Shown here one piece after another: positions 13,913 to 28,492 of a DNA stretch of 64,000 nucleotides. Source of the DNA: Octopus vulgaris (taxonomy: Eukaryota). Within the stretch, counting starts at the first letter, position 1. Each line of letters starts with the position of its first letter. A program made the translations under genes and the position numbers. Under the pieces are notes generated by a model. That model did no database searches. It worked only from the letters and a program-made list of their open reading frames with translations, and had not been told where the DNA came from. The stretch covers positions 10,912,001-10,976,000 of the forward strand of contig OX597836.1 in NCBI GenBank assembly GCA_951406725.2, given 5' to 3'.

Positions 13913-14656
13913 TGCGCATTGAGTCTTTTTATTAGAGAATAAAGTGAAAGAGTTTTGTATATTTATTTATTTTTCTGTCCACCTGCAACGGTGATTAAAT
14001 TTGCTACGAACACTGCACGCGTTGAATACATAATATCAAGCAATTTTAATCTCCATATTTAAACCTCATTAAATTTTGGCAAGATTACCTACACCTATTC
14101 TGAGTTACCTGAAAGGTGATGTTCCCTTCCCTCTCTTCTATTCGTTGATACCTTTGTTTACCTACCAATGCATTGCTTCACTTTAAGGGTGCTTATTTAC
14201 CCATACAATATGATATTATGAAGGCGACATCTTTTCACAGCGAACTGTTAAAGAGCCAAAACAGTATTCGTGAACTGAAGTCAAACTCTTCATGTTTTCA
14301 TTTTTCGTTACCTGAAGTCAGTTTCAGAGTGATCGTACACTAAGCCCGTAGCAAATATATTCCTTTAACTCTACATTTTCAAGTAGGTTTCATATTGCCA
14401 TTTTTGGACTGCCAATCATACTTCTCTCCGAGAAAATAGCTCCCTTTGCTGTTGAATGAAATAAACTCGCAGAAGAGAAGTTTCAATGTCTTACTTCAAT
14501 ATCCTTACTCCATTTATGTGGCTCTGTCTCACAAGAAATTTCGCTTTCATGTAAAACGACTATATTTAGTAGTCATTATTCGTAATGGACACCCAAAATA
14601 CATCAGTAGCTCTACTTTGCATCGATTGCAAACTTTCTATGATCATTAAAGTGCAA

Positions 14657-14751
14657 CGAACTCACAACCTCGCGATCGTAAGCTAGACTCTATAACCAAT
14701 GAGCCATTAGCCTTCACATATACACATATATATTTTTTCGTACACTCTCCC

Positions 14752-14784
<33 letters not shown>

Positions 14785-14792
14785 TATAGGTG
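14657..14792 (-). repeat. Inverted duplicate of 13651-13797 (flank plus SINE D head)
   Basis: Reverse complement shares the private variants ttatagagtctagcttacgatcgcgagg and the flanks agggagagtgtacgaaaaaa and cacctataacacac. Confidence 0.9.
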
Positions 14793-14817
14793 TATATATA
14801 TGTGCATAAAAATTTAC

Positions 14818-14866
<49 letters not shown>

Positions 14867-14890
14867 TATACATATATATATACGTATATG

Positions 14891-14945
<55 letters not shown>

Positions 14946-14950
14946 GATAA

Positions 14951-15065
14951 ATGCACCCTTTTAAAGCCTAGCCAGGCTCATGAACCCGGTTTCCCGGTTT
15001 CAATGGCGTATGTGTTCCCCAGCTGGACGGGACACCAGTCCATCGCAGCGTTACTCATTTTTGCT
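14951..15065 (-). mobile_element. SINE family E 3' tail
   Basis: Reverse complement of the tail at 3566-3680. Confidence 0.8.
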
Positions 15066-15126
15066 CTGATAAGAACATTTCAGAGTGTTTGGATGCCAGT
15101 CTGAGGTTAGTGCAATCTGAAAACAT

Positions 15127-15740
15127 GCACCGAGAGTGATAAAAGTCAAACAGCCAGGCAGCATCATGGTGTTTCGAGTGATCACTAGTGATGGCGACAT
15201 TATGCCACCATTCATCTCCCCACGCCACCTCACACACAACAGGGAGCCTACATCAAGTATCTGGAGGAGGTAGTGCTTCCCTGGGTCAACAGTGTGGCTG
15301 GTGGGAGACCCTATGTCTGGTAAGAAGACTGTGCACAATACCACACAAACAGGAGAACCCAGTCATGGCTGTCAGACAATATCTGGAACCACATCTCCCT
15401 TGACATTTGGCCACCTAACTCCCCAGACTACAACCCCCTTGATTATTTTGTGTGGGGCTCAGTTGTAATACGAAACTCATTGTAATACCAATAAAGAACT
15501 GGAGGCAAGGATTATGGCAGAATTCACTAACACAAGGTGACCGCCCAAAAGAGTTGCAGGAGATTCCAAGGTCGTCTGGAGGCCGTGGTTGAAGCCACTG
15601 GCGATTTTATTGAATAAATTTACTCTTTAGTATTTCAAAATATTTTTATGTAATTTTGGTAAATGTATCTGTCAAAATGAGATGCCAGTGTTATTTTCAT
15701 ATTTGCGTAATTTACACGACTTTTTATTCACTGAACCCTC
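15127..15740 (+). pseudogene. Tc1/mariner DD37D (maT) transposase 3' remnant with probable right end
   Basis: Translation across frameshifts: APRVIKVKQPGSIMVFRVITSDGDIMPPF..AYIKYLEEVVLPWVNSVAGGRPYVW*EDCAQYH...IWPPNSPDYNPLDYFVWG...SCRRFQGRLEAVVEATGDFIE* (stop 15615-15617). There are 37 residues between the last two catalytic Asp. Confidence 0.92.
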
Positions 15741-16546
15741 TCTGTGTGTGAGTGTGTGTGTGTATGTCTGTACATATACACGCATACACACACAGATAGA
15801 TATAATTTCACGCACAAGAACATAGAGATTTTTACAGCCATCCATATACACAATCGTATAAATATGTATGCGTGGATGTATGAAAATACATATATATCGA
15901 ACTGAAATTCGTGAGCACTTATATATACGATAATGCTTATATATATCTTTGGGTTTCTCTTGTATCTACGCACTTCCCCGAATATAGAAATTCATGCATA
16001 TACACACATGCGCACACGCATATGCATATATATAGTCACTTATCCTCGAATAGATATAGCTATTCGTGTTACGTTTTGTTCTATATTATATGTGTCAATA
16101 AGAAATACTCATACAGTCACTCACTCACACGTATATAAATAACATTCGCAAATATATACATATGCATACATATATACATTTATACACACACATATATATA
16201 TTTATATATATATATACACATATATGTGTGTGTATGTATGTGAATATATATACCTGTATGTGTCTATATATATATATATATACATACATACACACAGGTA
16301 CATATATTTGTTGTATGATATGCACTTATACATACACACACAGAGGCACGCGGATATATGTGCATACATACATATTGCATATATGCTAGTTAAATACATT
16401 TATGTACCTACAAATATGTGCATAAATATTTATGGATGTGTATATTATGCATGCATATACTTAGAAATATCTACCTACCTACCTACCTACCTACCTACCT
16501 ACCTACCTACCTACCTACTTACCTACTTATCTATCTATCTACCTAC

Positions 16547-16602
<56 letters not shown>

Positions 16603-16659
16603 ATATCTATCTATCTATCTATCTATCTATCCCTCAAACGAAAAGCTCTACCTTGTAAC

Positions 16660-16716
<57 letters not shown>

Positions 16717-16744
16717 ATCCCTCAAACGAAAAGCACCTTGTAAC

Positions 16745-16808
<64 letters not shown>

Positions 16809-16848
16809 ACATACATATATATCTGTACATGCATATCGAAATATCTAA

Positions 16849-16887
<39 letters not shown>

Positions 16888-16919
16888 CCTCTATCTAACT
16901 ATATAATATATATATATGC

Positions 16920-17030
<111 letters not shown>

Positions 17031-17140
17031 CATATATATATATATACATACATATGCATACATACATGCATGCATGTATATCTATAGATACACATATATA
17101 CTTACATGGATATGTACATCGATACATAATTACATTCATT

Positions 17141-17232
<92 letters not shown>

Positions 17233-17587
17233 TGTTAATAATATTTTAGAGTGAAATAAAAAGGAAATAAACGTCACGGATTGCAAAGGCGACTTATCTT
17301 TTTTTTTATCTGTATTTTTAAATGCAAATTAGATTTTTCTTGCAAGTAACTTTCAGGGGTGATTCTAAGTACTGTTCGCAATTTCTTGTCCTCCTGGGAC
17401 TCATTCCCCTTATGAATTATTCAGTACTTTTAACTAGAACGTGTTTTGTATTTTTAAGTATGTAGCTTGCCTGTTTTACACTAACTATAAATTTAGACAT
17501 TACTGTCTTCCATACTTCTCCCGTGCAAAACTTTTCCCGAACCAAATTGCTTGTTTATTTAAATTTTAAAAACAGACATATTGTATC

Positions 17588-18279
17588 TCTTACTTATTTT
17601 AGTCATTAGACTGCGACCATGCTGGGGCACCGTCTTGATGAGTTTTAGTCGGACGAATTGACCCCACTTCTTATATTTTTTTGAAGCCTGTTACTTATCG
17701 TATCAGTTTATTTTACGGACCTGCTGACTTACGAGGACGTAAACACACCAGCATCGGTTGTCAAGCAATGGTGGAAGGGTACACACGCAAACACAAATAC
17801 ACACACACACACACATACACACACACACACATACACACACAGGCTGGGCTTCTTTCTGTTTCCGTCTACCAAATCCACACAGGTCTTTTACTTGTTTCAG
17901 TCATTTGACTGCGGCCATGCTGGAGCACCGCCTTTAGTCGAGCAAATCGACCCCAGGACTTATTCTTTGGAAGCCCAGTACTTATTCTATCGGTCTCTTT
18001 TTTCCGAACCGCTAAGTAACGGGGACGTAAACACACCAACATCGGTTGTCAATCGATGTTGGAGGGACTAACACAGACACACAAACATATATACACACAT
18101 ACATATATATATACATATATACGACGGGCTTCTTTCAGTTTCCGCCTACCAAATCCACTCACATTGCTTTGGTCGGCCCGAGGCTTTAGTAGAAGACACT
18201 TGCCCAAGGTGCCACGCAGTGGGAATGAACCCGGAACCATGTCTTGGTAAGCAAGCTACTTACCACACAGCCACTACCT
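17588..18279 (-). mobile_element. Two adjacent SINE family A copies (older partial 17588-17880; younger full 17885-18279)
   Basis: Two tail/body sets in the same orientation. Confidence 0.88.
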
Positions 18280-18549
18280 GAGGTGTCATGCAGTGGGACT
18301 GAACCCAGCCATGCGTTGGCAAGCAAGCGTCTTAACACCCATTCACGCCTTTTATACATATTTAGAAACCTTTTGGAATGCAAATAAAAGCACAAGTGCT
18401 GATATCTGAAGGAAGGTGTTAGTCGATTACATATACCCCCAGTGTGTAACTGGTACTTATTCTTGCTCGACATTGGAATAACGGAGACTGTCTGCTTAAG
18501 AAGCTTCCTTCCCAACCACGTTGCTTTGAGTCGGTATTTCACCCGTCTC

Positions 18550-19240
18550 TGCATCTTGAGTTCAAATATCCCTGTGGTCGATTTTGTCTTTCACCCTTTC
18601 GGGGGCCGATAAATTAAGTACCAGTGAAACACTGGAGTGCTATGTAATCGCCTAGTACCTATTTCTTTACTACCCACAAGGGGCTAAACACAGAGGGGAC
18701 AAAGAAGGACAGACAAAAGGATTAAGTCGATTATATCGACCTCAGTACGTAACAGGTACTTAATTTATCGACCCCGAAAGGATGAAAGGCAAAGTCGACC
18801 TCGGCGGAATTTGAACCCAGAACGTAACGGCAGACGAAATACGGCTACGCATTTCGCCCGGCGTGCTAACGTTTCTGCCAGCTCGATATAGAAACACGAT
18901 TTTCATTCCGATTGCCTAGCTGAATGTGAAGACAGACGAAATACCTATTTATTTACTACCCACAAGAGGCTAAGCACAGAGGGGACAAACAAGGACAGAC
19001 AAAAGGATTAAGTCGATTACATCGACCCCAGTGCGTAACTGGTACTTAATTTAATCGACCCCGAAAGGATGAAAGGCTAAGTCGACCTCGGCGGAATTTG
19101 AACTCAGGACATAACGGCAGACGAAATACGGTTACGCATTTCGCCCGGCGTGCTAACGATTCTACCAGCTCGCCGCCTGTAATCGCCTAGTACCCTCCCA
19201 CAAAATTTCAGGCCTTCCGCACTTTGTAGAAAGGATTATT
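18550..19240. mobile_element. SINE family B (Meta-domain-like): plus-strand B2 copy interrupted by a minus-strand B1 dimer (18660-19177) with a 17-bp TSD
   Basis: TSD tgtaatcgcctagtacc at 18643-18659 and 19178-19194; central gcctttcatcctttcggggtcgataaattaagtacca resembles the Meta/Sauria SINE domain. Confidence 0.9.
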
Positions 19241-19783
19241 AAAATAAATAAAGCATTTATTACTACTGAACAAATTATAAAATATGTAGTGAAAAGAAAT
19301 ATTAACGTATATCTTTGTCACGAGAAGAAATTTTTACGTGATATCTCACGAAAAATGCCTTAACAAGACGAGTGACATATTAGTTCTTTCGTAAAACGAT
19401 ATAATATATTTATATATTCTATGTGTTTACTGAAACGTATTCTAAAAGAAATAACAATTTCTGTAACTGAGCTAACTATAAAATATGTATTTAGATGAAA
19501 TTCGAATGTAAATCTTAGTTATCAGAAGAAATTTTTCTATATCTCCCGGAAAATGCGTTAGTTTTAATAAAAGTTGTAGGATTTACTATCATTGAAAGAA
19601 TGATAAAATATTTGTCAGACAGAAAGAAGTTAATGTAGTGATATAACCGTCGATTATTCTTTTCTTTGGCGCCTGAATTCTTGTCACAAATGTTGTGGCG
19701 CTTCATGACATTCGGTGTTTGGGGCATTTTTAAACATGGCCGAAAACATATCCTTCTACACGTCTGAGAGCAGTCGATATTTC

Positions 19784-19824
<41 letters not shown>

Positions 19825-19934
19825 TCAGCTTCTAGCTTGCCTAACCAACTTTACCGAAAGCAAACTGGACGATGATAATCTACGTTGTGCTTTAAACGTA
19901 ACAGTAGCCATCGTACATTTACTTTTCACACAGG

Positions 19935-19980
<46 letters not shown>

Positions 19981-19985
<5 letters not shown>

Positions 19986-20170
19986 GAGAGCTTACGAAAA
20001 AAAAAAACCCCGAAGATAGGTGGTGTAGAAAACAAACAGATGTATTAGTATAATGCTCAGGAATAGAAAAAAGTCTTTTATGTTTCGAGCCTACGCTCTT
20101 CTACAGAAAGGGACACAGAAAAAACAAGGAGAGAAAAAATGTGTGTAGTGGCTAACGATCATGGCGACTC
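19981..20170 (-). mobile_element. Penelope-end-like short repeat with a non-canonical hammerhead-like motif (20075-20110); partial copy at ~3245-3335
   Basis: Minus strand: CUUU-CUGUAGA-A-GAGC guag GCUC-GAAA-CA-UA-AAAG; flanked by (TA)n on both sides. Confidence 0.55.
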
Positions 20171-20344
20171 ATATATATATATATACATACATAACGAAAT
20201 ATTAGCGTCAAACAGTGTTTAGGCATAAGCAAAGTTTGTTTATGTTAGTGAAAATATGTTTGTAATATATTTCAACTGCGAAAAGGCAAATTCACTGCAT
20301 TTACCGTAGAGATACTATTTCTTTTATCATCGTCGTCGTCGTCG

Positions 20345-20395
20345 TAATCATCATCATCATCATCATTATTATCATCATTATTATCATCATTATTA

Positions 20396-20462
<67 letters not shown>

Positions 20463-20464
20463 CA

Positions 20465-20552
<88 letters not shown>

Positions 20553-20557
20553 CATCA

Positions 20558-20596
<39 letters not shown>

Positions 20597-20610
20597 TATT
20601 ATTATCATCA

Positions 20611-20647
<37 letters not shown>

Positions 20648-20659
20648 CATTCTTATTAA

Positions 20660-20698
<39 letters not shown>

Positions 20699-20709
20699 CA
20701 TCATTATTA

Positions 20710-20749
<40 letters not shown>

Positions 20750-20938
20750 CATTCTTGTTAATATTATTATTATTATTATTATTATTATTATCATCATTAT
20801 TATCATCATTATTATTATTATTATTATTATATTATTATTATTATCATTCTTGTTAATATTATTATTATTATTATTATTATTGTTATTATTATTATTATTA
20901 TTATTATCATCATTATTATTATTATTATTATTATTATT
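20345..20938. repeat. (ATT)n/(ATC)n trinucleotide tract, ~600 bp
   Basis: Direct reading; includes a higher-order attcttgttaat interruption. Confidence 0.95.
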
Positions 20939-21150
20939 AAGGTGGCGAATTGGTAGAATCGAACAAAATGCGTAGTAGCATTTCTTCTAGCCTTAACGTT
21001 CTGAGTTCAAATGCCGCTGAGCATCACGTTTGCTTTCCATCTTCCCGGGGTCGATAAAAGAAGTACTAGATGAGCAATGGCAACGGGGTCGACGCAATCG
21101 TCTACCGCCTCTGCTCAGAATTTTTCTGACGTTGTACCAAACTTTGAAAC
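20938..21150 (+). mobile_element. SINE family B2, diverged
   Basis: aaggtggcgaattggtagaatcg...gttctgagttcaaat...ttccatcttcccggggtcgataaaagaagtac. Confidence 0.75.
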
Positions 21151-21548
21151 CGTTTCAAAATTCTTCTCAGTATATTTAAATCTCGGAATATAACGCCATT
21201 TTACCATATTCCGCATTGTATAATATCGTTTAGTGCAGAAGGGGCTTCCATCATTTGCCGACAAATTAAAGCAACGCCATTATTCGACTAGTTCTAAGTG
21301 GTCTTTCAGTTTGACGTATTCTAGTAGATTAAAAGTACCACAGATTTCGAAGCAGTTACCAACAGTTCTAAAATAGAACAATTAGATAATCTAATATTTA
21401 AACCTAATTAGCTTCCAACACCTTAACTTGTTTCTAAATTAAACTTTTTATTGATTTCTTGTGTTTTTTACGAAGATAAATAATTGATGTTCCCGACTGT
21501 ACTAACGTCTTTTGGAATTGGAATTCTAATACACACACTAGGCCACTG

Positions 21549-21617
<69 letters not shown>

Positions 21618-21854
21618 GACATATGTGCATGTATAACACCATATACATACATATGCTTACATATGTGTGTGTGCATGTATGTAAATATATTTATGTGTAT
21701 ATACATACATAGGCATATAAATATTTTCATATTTGCATATATGTATATGTATAACACACATATATATACATCCATATATATGTATGCATGTATGTATGTA
21801 TATGTGTGTTTGTGTGTTTGTATGTACGTATATATGTATGTCTATGTATATGTA

Positions 21855-21958
<104 letters not shown>

Positions 21959-22529
21959 ATCATATATGTATATATATTGCAGACAAAACTGATTTTCAAT
22001 TAACAGTATTCATAATTGTTACTATTTCGCTTCTAGAGTTGTCAGTAGAATTGACAACAGGTAAACTTGTTCATCGACTTTCCTCAGAGACATATCACCC
22101 CGAAACAATTAGCCGAGTTTAATTTAGTTTTCGTCTATATATAAAACTAAGGCAGCGAGCTGGAAATAGCTTTAGCACTTCGGAGAAAATGATTTGTGGC
22201 ATTTCTTCTTCCCTGCTTTTCTTTCTAACGTTCTCAGTTGAAATCTAGTCGAGTTATACTTCTTAATCCACCCCTCTGGGGTTCGTACCGCTTAAATACT
22301 GGGGATGAATCCACTCACAACGTTTTAGTGGGCTCGGGGCTATAGTTGAAGATACTAATGTATAGTGCTGCAAGAAAAATTGAACTCGGAATCATGTACT
22401 TGTGAATTAAACGTCTTACTACTCACCAACGCCTGCGCTTGGTACATGAAGATATAATTAACCCTTAGGGTTGGGTATAAATAACATGTCTCTTCGTGCG
22501 GAACGCAAATATAGTAAAGAAAATTACAA

Positions 22530-23631
22530 GATGATAATCCTTTCTCTTATAAGCACAAGTGCTGAAATCTGGTACTTAATTCATCAACCCGGAAAGGATG
22601 AAAGGTAAAGTCGACCACAGCGGAATTTGAACTCAAAACGTAGCGGCAGACGAAATACCTATTTCTTTACTAAACACAAGGGGCTAAACACAGAGAGGAC
22701 AAACAAGGACAGACAAACGGATTAAGTCGATTATATGGACCCCAGTAACTGGTACTTATTTAATCGAGCCCGAAAGGATGAAAGGGAAAGTCGACCTCGG
22801 CAGAATTTGAACTCAGAACGTAACGGCAGACGAAATACCGCTATGCATTTCGCCCTTTGTGCTAATGTTTCTGCCAGCTCGCAACCTTCTTACTACACAC
22901 CAACACCTGTGCCTGGTACATGAATGTATAATTAAACCTTAATAGCATGTCTTTTCGTGCCGGACGCAAAGAAATGTAAAGAAAAATACAAGATGATAAT
23001 CTTTTCTCTTATAAGCACGAGTGCTGAAATCTGAAAGAAGGTGATAGTCGATTACATCGACTCCCAATGCGTAAATGGTATTTAATTCATCGACCCCGAA
23101 ACGATGAAGACAGTGTCGACCTAGATGGAATTTAACCTCAGAGCGTAGCAGCAGACGAAATACCTATTTCTTTACTACCCTCAAGGAGCTAAACATAGAG
23201 GGGACAAACAAGGACAGATAAAGGGATTAAGTCCATTACATCGACCCAGTGCGTAACTGGTACTTAATTTATCGATCCCGAAGGATGAAAGGCAAAGTCG
23301 ACCTCGGCAGAATTTGAACTCAGAACAAAACAAAAAAAACATAGATGTCCAGACATCACTTATAAGATGACCTGACATATACGACGGGATTCCACACATA
23401 AGGCGGCGATCTGGCAGAATCGTTAGCACACTGGGCGAAATGCTTAGTGGTATTTCGTCTGCCGCTGCGTTCTGAGTTCAAATTCCGCCGAGGTTGACTT
23501 TGCCTTTCCTCCTTTCGGGGTCGATAAATTAAGTACCAGTTACGCACTGGGGTCGATGTACTCGACTTAATCCGTTAGTCTGTCCTTGTTTGTTCTCTCT
23601 GTGTTTAGCCCCTCGTGGGTAGTAAAGAAAT
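22530..23631. mobile_element. Cluster of SINE B copies (minus 22530-22885 and 22995-23325; plus 23401-23631 with TSD gggattccacaca)
   Basis: Repeated Meta-like domain and B1 tails; 13-bp TSD around the plus-strand copy, which interrupts a minus-strand A-like remnant. Confidence 0.88.
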
Positions 23632-24228
23632 AGGGATTCCACACAATTTCCTTTCGCCAAATTCACTCTCAAAGCATTGATCAACTGGGGGACTACAGAC
23701 GAAGGTACTTGCTCACGTAGCTGCGCAGGTGGGATTGAACCAGAAACCTTTTGGTTGCAAATTGAGCTTCTTAACCTCTCACTATTTTATACACCATTTT
23801 GTTTCATGTATTCCTGTCACAGACTAGTTGTTTACTGTTAGTATAAACTAATAATATTTACTAATATCTTTTCAATTCTCCACATCATCTGTTTCTCTGC
23901 TTCATCTATTTCCGATGTAATTTTATCAATTTAGCTTTGGTTTATCAGTATTTACGTATTTAAAATAGGAATATTTGATTATTTATTTTCTTGTTTTACG
24001 TATATCTGCTGCTTAATTGAGGAGAAAGTGGTTTTCTGTTTGAGATTTCAGGATAACAACATTTGTCTTTTACCATGTTTTGAAAAATCTTTTATTTGTT
24101 TCCGTTATGGAACCAGCGGCCAAGCTGGGGCAACCGCTTTCAAAGATGGAGTCGAATAAATCTAACCTAGTACTTATTTTTTTAAAAATTCCGGTCCTTA
24201 TTCCATCGTTGCATTTGCCAAACCGCAA

Positions 24229-24913
24229 CATTATGGGAACATAACCAAACCAACAGAGGTTTCCTCTGTCATTTCCTCTATTTCTTTCACCCGCTCACAT
24301 CCTCATTTTCTTACTTTTCTCTTCTTTTCTCTCTTCCTTCCTCTTTATTTCTTCCTCTCTCCCCCCTCGCTTCAACACACACTCGTCCTTCCTTTCTCTT
24401 CTTCTCTCATCCTCTAGCACTCTTTTTCTTCCTTCTTGCTCTCTCTCTCCCTTTCCCAAAGCGCTACATTATGGGAATGCAACCAAACGAACACAGGTTT
24501 CCTCTGTCATTTTCTCTCTTTCTTTCACCAGCTCACATCCTCATTTTCTTCCTTTTCCCTTCCTTTCTCTCTTCCTTCCTCTTTATTTCTTCCTCTCTCT
24601 CCCCCTCCCTTCAACACACACTCGCCCTTCCTTTCTCTTCCTCTCTCACCCTCCAACTCTCTCTTTTTCTTCCTTTTTGCTCTCTCTCTTTTCTCTTTTC
24701 TCACTTCTCTTTTTTCTTCTCTCTTCTCTCTTTCTCTTCTCTCTTCTCTCATCTCTCTTTTCTCTTTCACTTCTCCCTTCTCTCTTCTTCTCTCTTCTCT
24801 CTTTCTCTTCTCCCTTCTCTCTCCTTCTCTCTCTTTCCTTCTCTTCTCCCTTCTCTCTTCTTCTTTCTTCTCTCTTTCTCTTCTCCCTTCTCTCGTCTTC
24901 TCTCTTTCTCTTC
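24229..24913. repeat. 238-bp tandem duplication running into a polypyrimidine tract
   Basis: cattatgggaa at 24229 and 24467 with colinear units; 24655-24913 is almost exclusively C/T. Confidence 0.9.
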
Positions 24914-25694
24914 CGAACTACGTGTCTGAGCGCACGCTCTCATATGTCTAAGTATGTGTGCGTCTGTGTGTGTCCGCCTTCGGTGCCAAGAAATTTATCG
25001 CAAAAACTATAACCAAGAACAAATAAACAAAACCATTTCAAAATCAGATTTAGCGGCCAAACCTACGCACGAAATGACCATCAACCAAAGAAGTGCGCTA
25101 CATGGCTGACACAGATATAGCGGCACCATATAATCGGCGTGCAAGCAACTTGATAAAAGTGGTTTTTGCCCAGAAGGTTGCACTTATCAATCACATTCCA
25201 ATCTACCCGGATAGCTACTACACAGAACAATGCTTAGCACAAATCTATGACAGTAGGGAAGATAATTATCTGATTAACTCAAGTAGAATAGACGAGAAAC
25301 GAAATAAAATTAAAGAAGAAATTGGCATAAAAGCGACGGAAGTATAAAAGGTGTTTAAGGTGCAAGCAGTAATGTATCTGGAGGATAAATTTCATGCTTG
25401 GAATCGAATTCAATATATTTTTCTGTCGAATTCCTTGAAAAGTGGCTAAAAAAAAAAAAAAGAGAATACGAAAAACGCAACTGCGGCACCTGGGAGTGAA
25501 TGATAGTTGATGTCGTTATCATTGTTTTGTTTATTTTTTTTTTGTATTTATTTTTTCTTATATTCTTTTTATTTTTTTTTCCAGTTTTTTTTTTTTTGGG
25601 GGGGGGTTCTCTTTCGTTCGGTTTCTTTGTTTCTGATTTTAACATTTTTCCTGTTGTTGACAGGAAAATGCATCAATCAAAGATTGCCCGGCTA

Positions 25695-25708
25695 CAAATA
25701 ATAATATC

Positions 25709-25751
<43 letters not shown>

Positions 25752-25766
25752 GTAATAATAATGATA

Positions 25767-25797
<31 letters not shown>

Positions 25798-25843
25798 TAA
25801 TGAAAATAATAATAATAATAATAGTAATAATAATAATAATGAA

Positions 25844-25881
<38 letters not shown>

Positions 25882-26085
25882 CAACAATACTACTACTACT
25901 ACTACTACTAATAATAATAATAAATAATAATGAAAATGAAGATGATGATGATGATAATGATGACGATGACAGCAATGATGCTGGCGATGATGATAATGAT
26001 GATAAATAGTAATGATAACAACACTAGTCATAACAATAGCAATGACAGCATAAAGCAGTACTATTCATATAACAACTACTACAAA

Positions 26086-26167
<82 letters not shown>

Positions 26168-26256
26168 CGTGATAATAGTAATAATAATAAGAATTATAAT
26201 TAATATGAAAATCATAATAATAATTTTACTATACATAATAATATTAATAATAATCA

Positions 26257-26290
<34 letters not shown>

Positions 26291-26300
26291 GATGTAGAAA
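25695..26300. repeat. Compound (AAT)/(TAC)/(GAT) trinucleotide tract
   Basis: Direct reading. Confidence 0.9.
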
Positions 26301-26506
26301 ATAATTATAGTAATGGTGGTGGTGATATTATAGATGCTGTATTGGCTGTTGGTGGAAATGATGAATTCCTTTCAGGCAACATTTTGACATGCATTCAGAG
26401 AAAGGGAAAATAGATTCACACGGAAAAAATGGCGGACGGGTTAAAAATGTTCAATAAATTTAAAAGGCGTCATGGAAAAGAAGAAGTCTGTGATTCTCTT
26501 GGCATT

Positions 26507-26548
<42 letters not shown>

Positions 26549-26830
26549 GGTGTACTTAAGTACAGAAATACACATACAAGCACGAACATCCGTACACATA
26601 TATGTTCATGCATACATATGCATACACACATATACATATACATACGTACGCATACATATACATACAAATACGTATATATATTTATATAGATGAATGCATA
26701 ATGTTTATATATATATTGTACGTGTATATATATGCATGTATTTATGTATATATATGTATATATATATATACATATATACACGCATATCAATAAACACATA
26801 CGCATATATACATATATGTATACTTATATG

Positions 26831-26874
<44 letters not shown>

Positions 26875-27223
26875 CATGTTCACACGGAATGTTCATACAT
26901 AAATGTATTTATACATTTATACATGAGGATAGATACGAAACTATTTATATACACGCTATTTATACATGCGCATCACAAACACACACACACGTTACAAGAA
27001 TACTCTCATATACATCTCATGCTGACATGTGTATATGTATGTAGATATATATAAATATATTTATGTATATACCTATATATATATATGCATATATATGTGT
27101 GTATGTATATATGTATATATATATATATATATATATTTACATGTATATATGTGTGAGTGTATGTATGTGCATTAAATTATGTCGATAAATACATAAATGA
27201 ATATATTCAATATTTATGTGTTT

Positions 27224-27258
<35 letters not shown>

Positions 27259-27561
27259 GATTTCTACATGAATTACGAGAATACTTGTATTGGTGGGTGA
27301 GATGTATAGATTAAGGAATGCAACAGGGTGTCTTAGTGGCATTGTTGGTAGTTATTTAGTGCTAGTTATTTGCCGAGGAATAATGAAATGCACTTTTGAT
27401 GCCGGTGGGATTTGAACTCTCGGAAAGAAAGGACAAGGATTATTGTTATAAGAAAAATCTACCATTAATATTTATTTGCAATGCCACACTTGTAGACACA
27501 CAAATACATACATTCAAACGCACCTCTCTCCCTCTAGATATCTCTCTCGCGCTTTCATTTC

Positions 27562-27625
<64 letters not shown>

Positions 27626-27674
27626 ATATATATACATATATTTATATATATATATATCCATATATATATACATA

Positions 27675-27714
<40 letters not shown>

Positions 27715-27731
27715 TTTATATATATATATAT

Positions 27732-27768
<37 letters not shown>

Positions 27769-27883
27769 CACACGCCACACGCACATATACATAAACGAAT
27801 ATGTAAATATATATATATATGTGTGTATATATATGTATATTTATATATCTGTATGCATGTATGTATATATATATACATATATT

Positions 27884-27972
<89 letters not shown>

Positions 27973-28208
27973 GATTTCAATTTGATTAGTTATACCGCCC
28001 GAAGGGAATGTCCATCAGCACTCTAAACGATGTGAAAAGGATTTTAAGAGGGGCTTGAAAACTTCCCTTTAACGCCTCAACCTCCGATGTGTAACGCACA
28101 GATAATGATATACGTAGATGTGTCTATGCAGACGCACTTCACATTTGCCCCAACACAAAACTGCTCGTGGCACCGGAGACATTTGCGTATAATTACATGG
28201 ATAAGCAC

Positions 28209-28297
<89 letters not shown>

Positions 28298-28305
28298 CCT
28301 ATCTG

Positions 28306-28369
<64 letters not shown>

Positions 28370-28435
28370 ACTCTTCCTATCACTCTCTGTCTTTCTGCGC
28401 ATATGTATGTATATATGCATATATATATATATATA

Positions 28436-28492
<57 letters not shown>

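Noticed and set aside
25620-25701. Strong splice acceptor before GKCINQRLPGYK*
   Set aside because: No donor or upstream exon identified; it runs directly into an (AAT)n tract.
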